From the sequence record MG592456.1: a stretch of DNA of 64,000 bases; one strand, given 5' to 3'. Of this stretch, positions 52,425-62,032 are shown piece by piece. Position 1 is the stretch's first letter; every line of letters starts with the position of its first letter. Below the pieces are notes generated by a model that did not search any database, had not been told where the DNA came from, and worked only from the letters and a program-made list of their open reading frames with translations. Made by a program: the position numbers and the translations under genes.

Positions 52425-54674
52425 ATGAAACAGACGATCAACGTCGGGCAAATTGTCGATGATGGTACCGGTGACTACCTAAGACAAGGTGGCATTAAAA
52501 CTCGCGACAACTTCGATGAAATTTACGCACAATTAGGTGACGGTAGTAGAGTTTATGCTGCCGGTGCTTGGCGTGGGTGGAAATTCGCATCGACATTCCT
52601 TAACGGCGACACAGTATACACCCCAGCGAATGCTGAAAACTATTTTGATGAGAATGGGAACGGTCAGGGGCCCGAGCTACGAGTTGAGTTCGGTGAAGCA
52701 TGGACCGTCGATACCACATTAGGTGCATTGAACGTGTACTTACCCGCGGGGGTAGAAGAAGCCGACTACGGTAAAGCTATTCGAGTGCGAGACGTTAAAG
52801 GCACGTGGAATAAACAGCCAGTAACAGTGTATCCGAACACCAAAGATTCAATTAAACGAGTTGCAGGCAGTTCGAATTTAGAAATCGGTGCGGGTGCTGA
52901 ATTTAAAAACGATTATCAAGACTTGGAATTGGTGTTTACACCACCCCGTCACTGGGAATATGTGTCGCAGAAATACGTAAATGGGTTGACGTTCGGTGAC
53001 GTTCCCAGCGTTTTGCGTCGAGCTTCATTATCCCGAGATCAACAGCGCGATTTTAATATGTCGATGCTGCTTGGCGGTGGCGTTTATAACACAGCAGCGA
53101 TTGAACTTTATCGCAGAGGTAACTTGATGTACTTCGGTGAAGACTTAAATGACTTCAGCGATTACGGGTCAGTTCCTCTACACACAGTGCCATCATGGAT
53201 TTCAAATAACCCAGAGACATATTATGTCGGTGACTTAGTTCGTGGCGATTCGATAACGGGTCGTGATGACCGTGTTTGGCAGTGTTTGATAGAACACAAC
53301 AGTATCGGTGCATGGGAAGATCTCAAATGGAGTGAATTTGCCGAATACCCTGAGTTAGAAGATCATACGGGCTCCACTGCGTATGTGACATCAGATATCG
53401 TAACACAAGACCACGGTGGATTCTCTCAGGCATTTGAATGTTTAATTTCACATTCATCACCGGCTGGATACACTGATTTAACACTCGACACATTGAAATG
53501 GAAGCAGTTAACAAACGACGATCTTGCTCAATTAGATGGCAAAACGATTCGATTGCGTCTACCTGCGAATGTGAATGATCCTATCGCGATGGTGACGTAT
53601 CTATCAGACGTTTCGAGTTTCAGAAGTAGTTACGTATTGAACTCAGTCAAAGTCGTATCTGAGAACAACTACGCCATTGACCCATCAACCGGATCTGTTG
53701 TCAAGAAAGACCTAGTGCCTGAAATGTCAATGAAGTTAGTTGAATTTGGTCTACCTGAGTATACACAATATAATCCCGAAACACTAGAAGTTTTAGTGAA
53801 TGGTACGCAATTAACTCGCCCAAATACTGCGGGTATTGGGGATAGTTTTAGTGGCGACCCATATGATTACGATTACGTGCAAGATACCAGTGGTCGATGG
53901 AACACGATTATCTTCTCCGAAGCACTCGTAGACAGCGACATTGTTACCGTTCGTTGGTATGACAATGTAATCGGAACGTTATTGTCATGGGATGAAGGCG
54001 ACGACAATCTACAAGAACGAACTCGTGAACTGTTCGTTTCACGAGACGATTGGGCTGACGTACGTCGATTTAATAAAATTGCATATGGTGATGTTCTAAA
54101 CCCATCGGCTGCTAATACTGAAGTGTTGCCAGATCCAGAGACATTCGCACCGGGTGGCACTTTATCATCGCTATTCGAAAGTATCTATCCCGTTGGGACG
54201 ATTTACACAAATGCGAATAACCCAAATAACCCAGCGCAATATATGGGATTCGGGACGTGGGTGCGTATAGCTGAGGGTCAGGTTATAGTCGGGTGGAACC
54301 CAGAGGACGATGGTCAGTTCCATCGAAATAACAACAATAGTAACATAGCACAGGCTGGTGGCACAGGTGGCTCCATTGGTGTGACTCTTGTTACAGAGAA
54401 CATACCTGAGCTGATCAGTACAACTAATCCAGATTATAATGATGTATCTGAAAGAAATATTGGTAACATTACTGAACAGTACAGCTTAGTTGCGCGTTCG
54501 GCTACTGCTGGCGGAAACATAAATTTGAACGGTTGCTTAGGTGACCCTGAGAATACAACACCACTTGCGTACTATGCTGAAGAGCCGATCAAGGTAAACC
54601 ACGGTCAAATTGCTCAGGCTGTTAACGTTACTCAGCCGTTCATCACTGCATATACTTGGATAAGGACTGTATAA
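52425..54674 (+). CDS. 10: baseplate wedge / tail pin gp10 with inserted CBM-like repeats
   Basis: MKQTINVGQIVDDGTGDYLR.GG.K, YPVGTIY.N..NP.NP..YMGFGTW, QP.IT.Y.WIR. Confidence 0.95.
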   Translation: MKQTINVGQIVDDGTGDYLRQGGIKTRDNFDEIYAQLGDGSRVYAAGAWRGWKFASTFLNGDTVYTPANAENYFDENGNGQGPELRVEFGEAWTVDTTLGALNVYLPAGVEEADYGKAIRVRDVKGTWNKQPVTVYPNTKDSIKRVAGSSNLEIGAGAEFKNDYQDLELVFTPPRHWEYVSQKYVNGLTFGDVPSVLRRASLSRDQQRDFNMSMLLGGGVYNTAAIELYRRGNLMYFGEDLNDFSDYGSVPLHTVPSWISNNPETYYVGDLVRGDSITGRDDRVWQCLIEHNSIGAWEDLKWSEFAEYPELEDHTGSTAYVTSDIVTQDHGGFSQAFECLISHSSPAGYTDLTLDTLKWKQLTNDDLAQLDGKTIRLRLPANVNDPIAMVTYLSDVSSFRSSYVLNSVKVVSENNYAIDPSTGSVVKKDLVPEMSMKLVEFGLPEYTQYNPETLEVLVNGTQLTRPNTAGIGDSFSGDPYDYDYVQDTSGRWNTIIFSEALVDSDIVTVRWYDNVIGTLLSWDEGDDNLQERTRELFVSRDDWADVRRFNKIAYGDVLNPSAANTEVLPDPETFAPGGTLSSLFESIYPVGTIYTNANNPNNPAQYMGFGTWVRIAEGQVIVGWNPEDDGQFHRNNNNSNIAQAGGTGGSIGVTLVTENIPELISTTNPDYNDVSERNIGNITEQYSLVARSATAGGNINLNGCLGDPENTTPLAYYAEEPIKVNHGQIAQAVNVTQPFITAYTWIRTV

Positions 54675-55360
54675 TGACTACCAAAGCAAGAGACTCTTCA
54701 AGAGTGTTCAACAACTTGTCAAGTCACAAGACGTTTAATCAAAACGCGATTGACGATGCTGGGTTATTTCCCGGCAATCGTTTCAATTTTAGAGGGGCCG
54801 TGTTAGGCGACTCAACGATTGATGAAATGGACGAGGGAGCATGGGACCCTAACGTTCAATCGGCTGTAATGCAACTTGCTATGGCGGCTGTAATGCCGGT
54901 CGGTGCAATTATTATGTCAACTGATGGCTCAAACCCGTTTAGCACGAATCAGTTTAATGAAACGATCACGTTTGGTGGGGAATCAGACGTTGAGCATATT
55001 ACACTGTATCAAGTACCCGTGCAACTGGAAGTAGGTGATTCTAACAACGTTATTGCAGAAAAGGTATTTATTACCCTGCTTGAAACGGGTCTGTTCGATA
55101 TGACCCCATCAGATCACGTGGCTCCGTCGAACACATTCCTGCTGAAGCATCGCAGTTCTAGACCACATAACTCTGAGTATGAACCAACGCTCACTGACAT
55201 ACTAGACGAATTCGGTGCACCTACAGGTATACAAGCTCAAAGTGTCATCACAGGGTCGTCAGACGGTCAGAACAGCCTTGGATATGGGGAGTGGGAACTT
55301 TATTACACTGATTTGTTAACATTCCCAGACCCTGTGTATTATTACAGAAGGATTGCATAA
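54674..55360 (+). CDS. 11: baseplate wedge / tail pin gp11
   Basis: order after gp10; PVGAIIMS, YGEWE, YYYRRIA. Confidence 0.8.
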   Translation: MTTKARDSSRVFNNLSSHKTFNQNAIDDAGLFPGNRFNFRGAVLGDSTIDEMDEGAWDPNVQSAVMQLAMAAVMPVGAIIMSTDGSNPFSTNQFNETITFGGESDVEHITLYQVPVQLEVGDSNNVIAEKVFITLLETGLFDMTPSDHVAPSNTFLLKHRSSRPHNSEYEPTLTDILDEFGAPTGIQAQSVITGSSDGQNSLGYGEWELYYTDLLTFPDPVYYYRRIA

Positions 55361-56898
55361 TGTCAGGTACAAACATATTCACACACGCAAGTGATGCTGC
55401 TCAATATGTGTACCTACAACCATTTACTGCACCTGCTAAAGCATTCGAATCCGGTGGTGATGTTCAGAGTTTGTTGGAGCAAATTAATATAGCTGCACTT
55501 GCTCCGTTCCCCGTGCCGGAAATTGCAACGCAAACAGAATATGGGGCTGTTGGGTACGCAACACAAACAATCGCCAATGCACTGGATGACGTCGTTTTAG
55601 TGGTAACCCCGAAAAAGCTAGCAGGTGTCGATACATTTGTATCACCAGCAACTGCAACTCAACGGGGATTGATGAGAGAGATTTCAAGTCCCGAACTAAC
55701 TCGTGATTTTGCGACGTCAGAAGCAACAAAATTGATGTCATATAGACGCATTGAAGAAATGCTCTCTGTCCGAACCGCACTTACTGATGATGGACAAGAT
55801 TCATCTAGTGGATTCGCTCGTTTTTCGACACTTAGTGAAACACTAGCACTAAGTTCATCTACAATCGCTACGCCATTGCGTACGTGGAATCTTATTCAGG
55901 CTAACGTTCCAGAACCGTGGGCACAAGCGACAGAAACTAAAAACGGTGTTTTGCGTACGCTCGCTGAGAGTGATGCGCAGAAGTCGGATGCGTCGATTGC
56001 AATAAGCGTAGGGTCTATTGAATATCTAAACGCATCAACGTCGAAACGTGGGGTTTTTAAACTTGCTGACGTTGCATTAGATCGCACAATATCCACCGCA
56101 GATGAGTACATTGCCACTGCGGGTAATATAGATAGTTTCGGAGCCACGTCGACGTTAGCGGGGGTATTTAAGCTGCCTACTGGGTTTGTTGACGACTCGA
56201 CGCAAGCACTCAGTGCAGCGCGTGGGTTCGAACTTGATGATAAACTCGATGTTGATGGCGGCACAATAACCGGTATTTTGAAGTGTGACAACATCACTGC
56301 TGTCAATAAGGAACGAATCAGACAGACATGGTACAATGGTTCATACTACTATGACGTCGTGAATAATTATGAAATGTTCCCGAACAATCAACTGAATGCT
56401 AGAGTAGGGCTTGCGGGTCGACCAATAGGTAGTATATATCACTCGACCTCAAGTGTCAACCCATCAACGATATTTGGCGGCACGTGGACGAGAATATCAG
56501 GCGGTCAGACTATGATGGGGCAAGGTCAGGGCAGCGATGGGAACACAAGTCGTTATTTCTCGGCGGGCGCACAAGGCAATAATACGGTTGTAAAATTAGT
56601 TGAGTCTAATCTACACGTGCATAAACATTTCGGATGGGGTGAAGCTTACGGCACGACACAGGGTGATTGTATCAGGTATGACACATATCGTGGGCCATAC
56701 GGGCCATGGCTATACTGTGCTGAATACGAAGTCGATAAATATTGGCAATTCGGCACCAGCACCACGAAAAATCACGTCGGGTCACATAGCACCGATAAAG
56801 ATAATTACTTGTATTACAACGAGCCAGTCGGTGGGGATGAGTCACATGAGAATATGATGCCCTATTACACTGTGTATATTTGGAGACGAATCAAATGA
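55360..56898 (+). CDS. short tail fibre paralogue 1 (gp12-like)
   Basis: H.SD.AQYV N-terminus, AT....G repeats, PIGSIY..., HxHxH tip, MPYYTVYIWRR. Confidence 0.85.
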   Translation: MSGTNIFTHASDAAQYVYLQPFTAPAKAFESGGDVQSLLEQINIAALAPFPVPEIATQTEYGAVGYATQTIANALDDVVLVVTPKKLAGVDTFVSPATATQRGLMREISSPELTRDFATSEATKLMSYRRIEEMLSVRTALTDDGQDSSSGFARFSTLSETLALSSSTIATPLRTWNLIQANVPEPWAQATETKNGVLRTLAESDAQKSDASIAISVGSIEYLNASTSKRGVFKLADVALDRTISTADEYIATAGNIDSFGATSTLAGVFKLPTGFVDDSTQALSAARGFELDDKLDVDGGTITGILKCDNITAVNKERIRQTWYNGSYYYDVVNNYEMFPNNQLNARVGLAGRPIGSIYHSTSSVNPSTIFGGTWTRISGGQTMMGQGQGSDGNTSRYFSAGAQGNNTVVKLVESNLHVHKHFGWGEAYGTTQGDCIRYDTYRGPYGPWLYCAEYEVDKYWQFGTSTTKNHVGSHSTDKDNYLYYNEPVGGDESHENMMPYYTVYIWRRIK

Positions 56899-58328
56899 CG
56901 GAAAAGGGAACTCAAATCTTCAATCATGTTATTGATGATGCGAGTACAGTTACAGTCGAAGTTGCAGGTACTGCCTTCGAGGGTTTAACGGATGGATTTA
57001 ATGATGTGCAAACGTGTCTTGAATTGATTGACGCACATGCGCTGACTGATCTACCAGACATACCACATGCGTCTGAAACCGTTGCTGGTGTAACATTACT
57101 AGCAGGGAATACTCAAGTCGTAGATGCGTCGAATGATGCATCTGCGGTAACACCGGGCGCGCTCAATTATTGGATGGAAAATCATGCGACCGCGACTGAA
57201 TCTCAATTCGGTTACGTCAAGATAATCACAACAAACACGATCGATACAGTTGCACCGAGTTCGCCAGTTGAAGCGGCACAAAAGCACGCATTCACGTTAA
57301 AGACGCTGAATTATGCTATCAATACGCGCTTGTATGCGTCTGAGAGCAGCGCAGGAGCAGTTCGACTAGCAACACAAGCACAAGCTGTTTCAACGGGCAC
57401 TCTGAGCAATACAGTTGCAATGACGCCCCAACGTGTAAAGCAGATGATTGATGTCTGGGCCAACTCACCTGTATCAGATGCCACTGAGACGACAAAAGGT
57501 CTAATTCGTCTAGCAAATGGGACTGAAGTCAATTCAGTCGCTGCGGCAGAACAAAATCTTGCAATATCACCGTATAGATTTAACAGCCGAACAGCGACTA
57601 CTACACGTAAGGCTGGCTTCTTTGTTGCGGATTCTACTGTTGCAAATGCCAGAACATCTAACGAACACGCAGTAACAGCCGGGAATATTGATTTGTTTTC
57701 GGCAACGAGTACTCGTGTCGGTGTTGCGAAGTTAGCTAATAATCTCACAACGAATGACTCAAATCAAGCACTAAGTGCAGCAATGGGTTATAAATTGAAT
57801 AACGAGAAGATTGGTGTCTCAGGCGGAACAGTTACTGGTACATTAAAAATAAACACGATGCAATCAGTATCGGGTGTTTCTTTGATGAGTAACGGGTTAA
57901 TTGCAGCACGTGCAATGTTGAACATGTATCCAGTAGGTGCAATTTATATGTCACTGTTATCCTCGAATCCTTCGACATTGTTCGGTGGCGGTACTTGGTC
58001 AAGAATTGCACAAGGGCGTGTTTTAATATCACAGGGTACTAACGGGGGAGTGACATTCAACAATCGTCAAACTGGCGGTGAGTATGAAGTTACTCTGACT
58101 GAAAGTACAATGCCCACTCATAAACATGCTGGTTGGGGTGAAGCTTTCGACAATTCAGATAACGGTATTGGGTTTGGTATTGCTAAAGAATACGGCCGAA
58201 ACAATCCGGGCAGTAAGAGTACAGACAAGGACAATTACTTGTATTATAGCTCTCCTGTAGGTGGTGGATTACCCCACAACAACATTCAGCCATATTATAC
58301 TGTGTATATGTGGGAAAGAACTGCTTAA
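56895..58328 (+). CDS. 12: short tail fibre paralogue 2 (gp12)
   Basis: ASETVAG..., YPVGAIY, HKHAGWGE, QPYYTVYMWERTA. Confidence 0.85.
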   Translation: MTEKGTQIFNHVIDDASTVTVEVAGTAFEGLTDGFNDVQTCLELIDAHALTDLPDIPHASETVAGVTLLAGNTQVVDASNDASAVTPGALNYWMENHATATESQFGYVKIITTNTIDTVAPSSPVEAAQKHAFTLKTLNYAINTRLYASESSAGAVRLATQAQAVSTGTLSNTVAMTPQRVKQMIDVWANSPVSDATETTKGLIRLANGTEVNSVAAAEQNLAISPYRFNSRTATTTRKAGFFVADSTVANARTSNEHAVTAGNIDLFSATSTRVGVAKLANNLTTNDSNQALSAAMGYKLNNEKIGVSGGTVTGTLKINTMQSVSGVSLMSNGLIAARAMLNMYPVGAIYMSLLSSNPSTLFGGGTWSRIAQGRVLISQGTNGGVTFNNRQTGGEYEVTLTESTMPTHKHAGWGEAFDNSDNGIGFGIAKEYGRNNPGSKSTDKDNYLYYSSPVGGGLPHNNIQPYYTVYMWERTA

Positions 58329-58354
58329 AACTAAGGGTAAGACTTGTTCTTGCC

Positions 58355-58485
58355 CTTTTTTATGTCTAGAAGAAACCAAGCGAAGCGAAAGGATTTGGCG
58401 AGGCGGAAAAATTCCGTCTCATCTTAGTAGAATTAGTGATTTTAGTGTTCTTAGAGAAATTAGAGATCTTAGAGATATTAGTGTT
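58355..58485 (-). repeat. third (inverted) copy of the ~110-bp repeat
   Basis: reverse complement is identical to ~31981-32085 over about 105 bp. Confidence 0.95.
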
Positions 58486-58506
58486 ATTCAATACCCATTG
58501 CATTGC

Positions 58507-58514
58507 TATAAATA
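58507..58514 (+). promoter_or_regulatory. T4-type late promoter TATAAATA
   Basis: consensus upstream of wac. Confidence 0.8.
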
Positions 58515-58554
58515 GTAGTAAGCTATGTTCATTTAAAAATCAAAGGGAACAAAC

Positions 58555-60246
58555 ATGACAATTCAAAAGCCTATCATTGAAGAGCTTAGATACGTGAATG
58601 GTCAACCAGACCCATCACTCCGTCCCGACCAGACACGTCTGAATTGGGCAAAAAATGGGGAGTCGATGACTGGTGCATCTGGTGACACTGTATCTGACGG
58701 CGTTTTAAATCGCCCGGCAGTTCAAGTTCAAGAAAACGTAGTAAACTCTCATAACAATACAAAAGCACAGCAAGTTGCAATTGAAGAAGTGATCGACACG
58801 GTAAATGATCTGACAGGTGGTGGCTCCGCAGATCTTGGGTCACGTATAACACAAGCTGAATTCGATATTGACGTTCTTGACGGACAAGTTGATGACTTGA
58901 AGACGAGTGTGGGTGTTGCATCGACACAAACTGAACTTGCATCAGGTCTGCATTTGGGCGTTGAGAGCGTAACGAATGATGTGGGTGTGCGTAATACACA
59001 AGACGTACCTAACGAAGTTGAAAACAACGATACTGTTCGTAAAGATTTATTCTTTATCAAGCGACGCATCGGGAATGATTACAACTATGACGTGAATGGG
59101 AATCCTCAGACTGATAATCCAGCCAGTGGGATGAAATATCAGATTGATGACCTGTATAACAGAACGTCGACGATTAATGCTGAAATTGGTGAAGATGCAA
59201 TTCAAGGCACGATTAACGGACGAATCTATAATTTAGAACAAAATTCTCAATCTGGATCTGTTGCTCAATTGCGTCTTGAAATGGGGGAGACTGTAGACGC
59301 TGATGCGGGTAGACCTGTATATTTGCGTTTGGATGATGTTGAAAGCACCGTGGTTGAACATGATGCGGACATCACATTGTTGCAAGAAACTCTCGAAACC
59401 CCGACTACCGGAGTTGTGGCTCGCGTTACTGCGAACGAAACTGCGATTTCACTTATTGGCACCCAGACTAACGACAATACTTTGTCTATTCAGGGAACTA
59501 CAGTCGATATTGGTGTATATTTGGGCGGTGACACGTATACGGGTTCAATGAAAGGTCGTTTGTCATATCACGACGAACAAATTGATTCATTATGGGGTCG
59601 TCTAGGTACTACGGATGAAACTACTGGGACTATCTCATATCGAGTTAAAGAACTCGAAGACAGTCTTGGCGATTCAAACGACCCTGCGCAATTCACTGCA
59701 TGGTATTCAATTCGTGAAAGTGAAGGTGATATCACGACATTGCAAGCACAGACACAGGGGATTATTGCGGAAGTTGGGACATCCGACACTGAAGTTGGGA
59801 CTCTTCGCAATCGAGTTTCGGTGCTTGAGCAGCAAAGTTCACACGCATTGATTACATCAGAAGAGCCAGACACAGTTACGATCCCGACTACTCCGACTGA
59901 CATATTCTCATTAGTGGTCGAAGAAGCCGATTTAGATGGGTTCTCGTACAACAATGGTGTATTGACTCGCACAGGAACAACTGAATATCAAGATGTATTG
60001 ACTATCGCGTGGGTGGTGTATGAGCCTGATAGTGTAGCTGCAAACTTGCAATTTAGTGTTGAGATCGTTGATGTAGATACTAATATTACAATTCATGATT
60101 TTGATCGTAAGTTACGTGCAGATCTTGTATCAACGTTCGCAATTACCAAGGTGGTCTCGATGAAGCCGGGAAGTACGATGACGATTAAAGTTAGTTCTGA
60201 TGCAACAAGCGTGATTGAACATGATTCATTAACCGTCAAACTCTAA
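58555..60246 (+). CDS. wac: fibritin (whisker/collar)
   Basis: L.YV.G.P...Q.R.NW.KNGE...GA......G.LNR..VQ.Q.N followed by a segmented coiled coil. Confidence 0.9.
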   Translation: MTIQKPIIEELRYVNGQPDPSLRPDQTRLNWAKNGESMTGASGDTVSDGVLNRPAVQVQENVVNSHNNTKAQQVAIEEVIDTVNDLTGGGSADLGSRITQAEFDIDVLDGQVDDLKTSVGVASTQTELASGLHLGVESVTNDVGVRNTQDVPNEVENNDTVRKDLFFIKRRIGNDYNYDVNGNPQTDNPASGMKYQIDDLYNRTSTINAEIGEDAIQGTINGRIYNLEQNSQSGSVAQLRLEMGETVDADAGRPVYLRLDDVESTVVEHDADITLLQETLETPTTGVVARVTANETAISLIGTQTNDNTLSIQGTTVDIGVYLGGDTYTGSMKGRLSYHDEQIDSLWGRLGTTDETTGTISYRVKELEDSLGDSNDPAQFTAWYSIRESEGDITTLQAQTQGIIAEVGTSDTEVGTLRNRVSVLEQQSSHALITSEEPDTVTIPTTPTDIFSLVVEEADLDGFSYNNGVLTRTGTTEYQDVLTIAWVVYEPDSVAANLQFSVEIVDVDTNITIHDFDRKLRADLVSTFAITKVVSMKPGSTMTIKVSSDATSVIEHDSLTVKL

Positions 60247-60256
60247 GGGGTGATAT

Positions 60257-61183
60257 ATGCAAACTTATAATGCAACATCACCTCGCGAAATGAAAGATTT
60301 GATTTTAAGGCGCTTAGGTGCGCCTATCATCAACGTCGAAGTATCTGAAGATCAGATATATGATTGTATTTCACGTGCGTTGGAATTATTCATTGAATAT
60401 CACCCAGATGGGGTGAACAAAACATATTCTATCATTTCTCTTAATGAAGAGCAAGCAGCAACGGGTATTTTCACACTCGACATCCCAGCCACCGCAGTGA
60501 CTAAAATCCTGCGTAGTGAAAGTTCATTTTGGACTATGGACGGCAATGCTACATATTCATGGTTCAGTGATTTTTTGACTGGGTTAGCAGGGGGTGCAGG
60601 TAGTGGCGGGTGTAGTTCGTATCACAATGGTATGTTAGGTGGTAGTAGTGGTCTTAGTGATTATTATAACTTGATGAGTTATAAAAACACAATGATGGAT
60701 ATTCTATCGCCAGAGCACGATTACTGGTATAATGCAGTAAACAAGACAATTAAAATCAATGCGAACTTAGTTGCGGGTGAGTGTATCGTAATTGAAGCAT
60801 TCGTACCAACTACATTGCTTGTGCAAGAATCAGCAACGGGTATCATCGGTAACAGCGCAGCGACTATCGGGTCTTATGAAGACGTGACGACACAGCAAAG
60901 TTGGGATGATCCTTATAGCGTATTACGTCAGAATAACACGATTGGTAACCCAAATCAATATGCCGAGCAAAATGCTTATAGTGTTCGATGGGTGAAGGAC
61001 ATGGCAACTGCATTTGTTAAGCAGTTGAACGGTGTTATTCTGAAGAAGCAGCAAGGGTTACAACTACCGGGTGGTGTCATGGTTGATGGTCAGACAATGT
61101 TCGATGAAGCGAAAGACGAAATTGAACGTCTTCGCGAAGAATTGATGTCATTAACTCAGCCACTTGGCGTGTTTATGGGGTGA
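60257..61183 (+). CDS. 13: neck protein gp13
   Basis: LKDLILRRLGAPIINVEV..DQ..DCI.RALE, WVK..ATA..K, LPGGV..DG. Confidence 0.95.
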   Translation: MQTYNATSPREMKDLILRRLGAPIINVEVSEDQIYDCISRALELFIEYHPDGVNKTYSIISLNEEQAATGIFTLDIPATAVTKILRSESSFWTMDGNATYSWFSDFLTGLAGGAGSGGCSSYHNGMLGGSSGLSDYYNLMSYKNTMMDILSPEHDYWYNAVNKTIKINANLVAGECIVIEAFVPTTLLVQESATGIIGNSAATIGSYEDVTTQQSWDDPYSVLRQNNTIGNPNQYAEQNAYSVRWVKDMATAFVKQLNGVILKKQQGLQLPGGVMVDGQTMFDEAKDEIERLREELMSLTQPLGVFMG

Positions 61184-61187
61184 TTTC

Positions 61188-62024
61188 ATGGGTGCATACG
61201 ACGATAACACAGGTGGTATGTTTGCGAAGTTGGAAAATAACAAGGGTTTCGACAAGATCTACAATGATCATCTAATAAACCCTTATTTCAATTGGGTCAA
61301 TCATACAAACGAACAAAATTTAACTGATATGTTAGTTGCAGAGGCTGTGATTAACCGCGGAGTCGAGTGCGTGTACATTCGTCGCGAAATGACGAATGTC
61401 GACTTGATATTTGGCGAAGATCCGTTAAGTAAATTTACAAAGAATTTCAGAATGGCATTGTACGTTGAGTCATTTGAAGGGTGGGATGGCGATGGCGATT
61501 GGTTCAGTAAGTTCGGATTTCAAGTTAATGATGAAATGAACGTGTGCATCAACCCTAAACTATTCAATCAGCAAGGTGATGGCAAGCAACCGTTAATGGG
61601 TGATTTAATTTACTTCCCTATGGCAAATAGTCTGTTCGAGATTAGTTGGGTCGAGAAGGAAGACCCTTGGTATATGAACGGCGCGCTACCTATGCGTAAA
61701 ATGAAAATGGTTAAATTTGTGTACTCCGGTGAAGAAATTCAACTTGAGCGCCCCGAATCAGTCATCGACTCGATTTCAGATTTGATGTCATTCGGTAATG
61801 AGGAGACAGACGAAATGATTGACATTGGCAAAATCAATGCATTAGACGGTCGCTGGGACGATGGCATTACACAAGGGGAGGAGATGGATCAACTTGAAGA
61901 AGAAGTTGAGCAGTTTTATCAAAGCGAACAAGTCGTACCGCGCCCTAGTGATGTTCAGCCTGTTGACCCACGATCTCGTCCTGTTGGATTCAAGGCAAAC
62001 AATAACCCATTTAATGGGTTTTAA
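61188..62024 (+). CDS. 14: neck protein gp14
   Basis: EQ.L.D.LVAE....GV...YI.RE, FSKFG, GDLIYFP...LFEI..VE...P.Y. Confidence 0.95.
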   Translation: MGAYDDNTGGMFAKLENNKGFDKIYNDHLINPYFNWVNHTNEQNLTDMLVAEAVINRGVECVYIRREMTNVDLIFGEDPLSKFTKNFRMALYVESFEGWDGDGDWFSKFGFQVNDEMNVCINPKLFNQQGDGKQPLMGDLIYFPMANSLFEISWVEKEDPWYMNGALPMRKMKMVKFVYSGEEIQLERPESVIDSISDLMSFGNEETDEMIDIGKINALDGRWDDGITQGEEMDQLEEEVEQFYQSEQVVPRPSDVQPVDPRSRPVGFKANNNPFNGF

Positions 62025-62032
62025 GGAGCACC

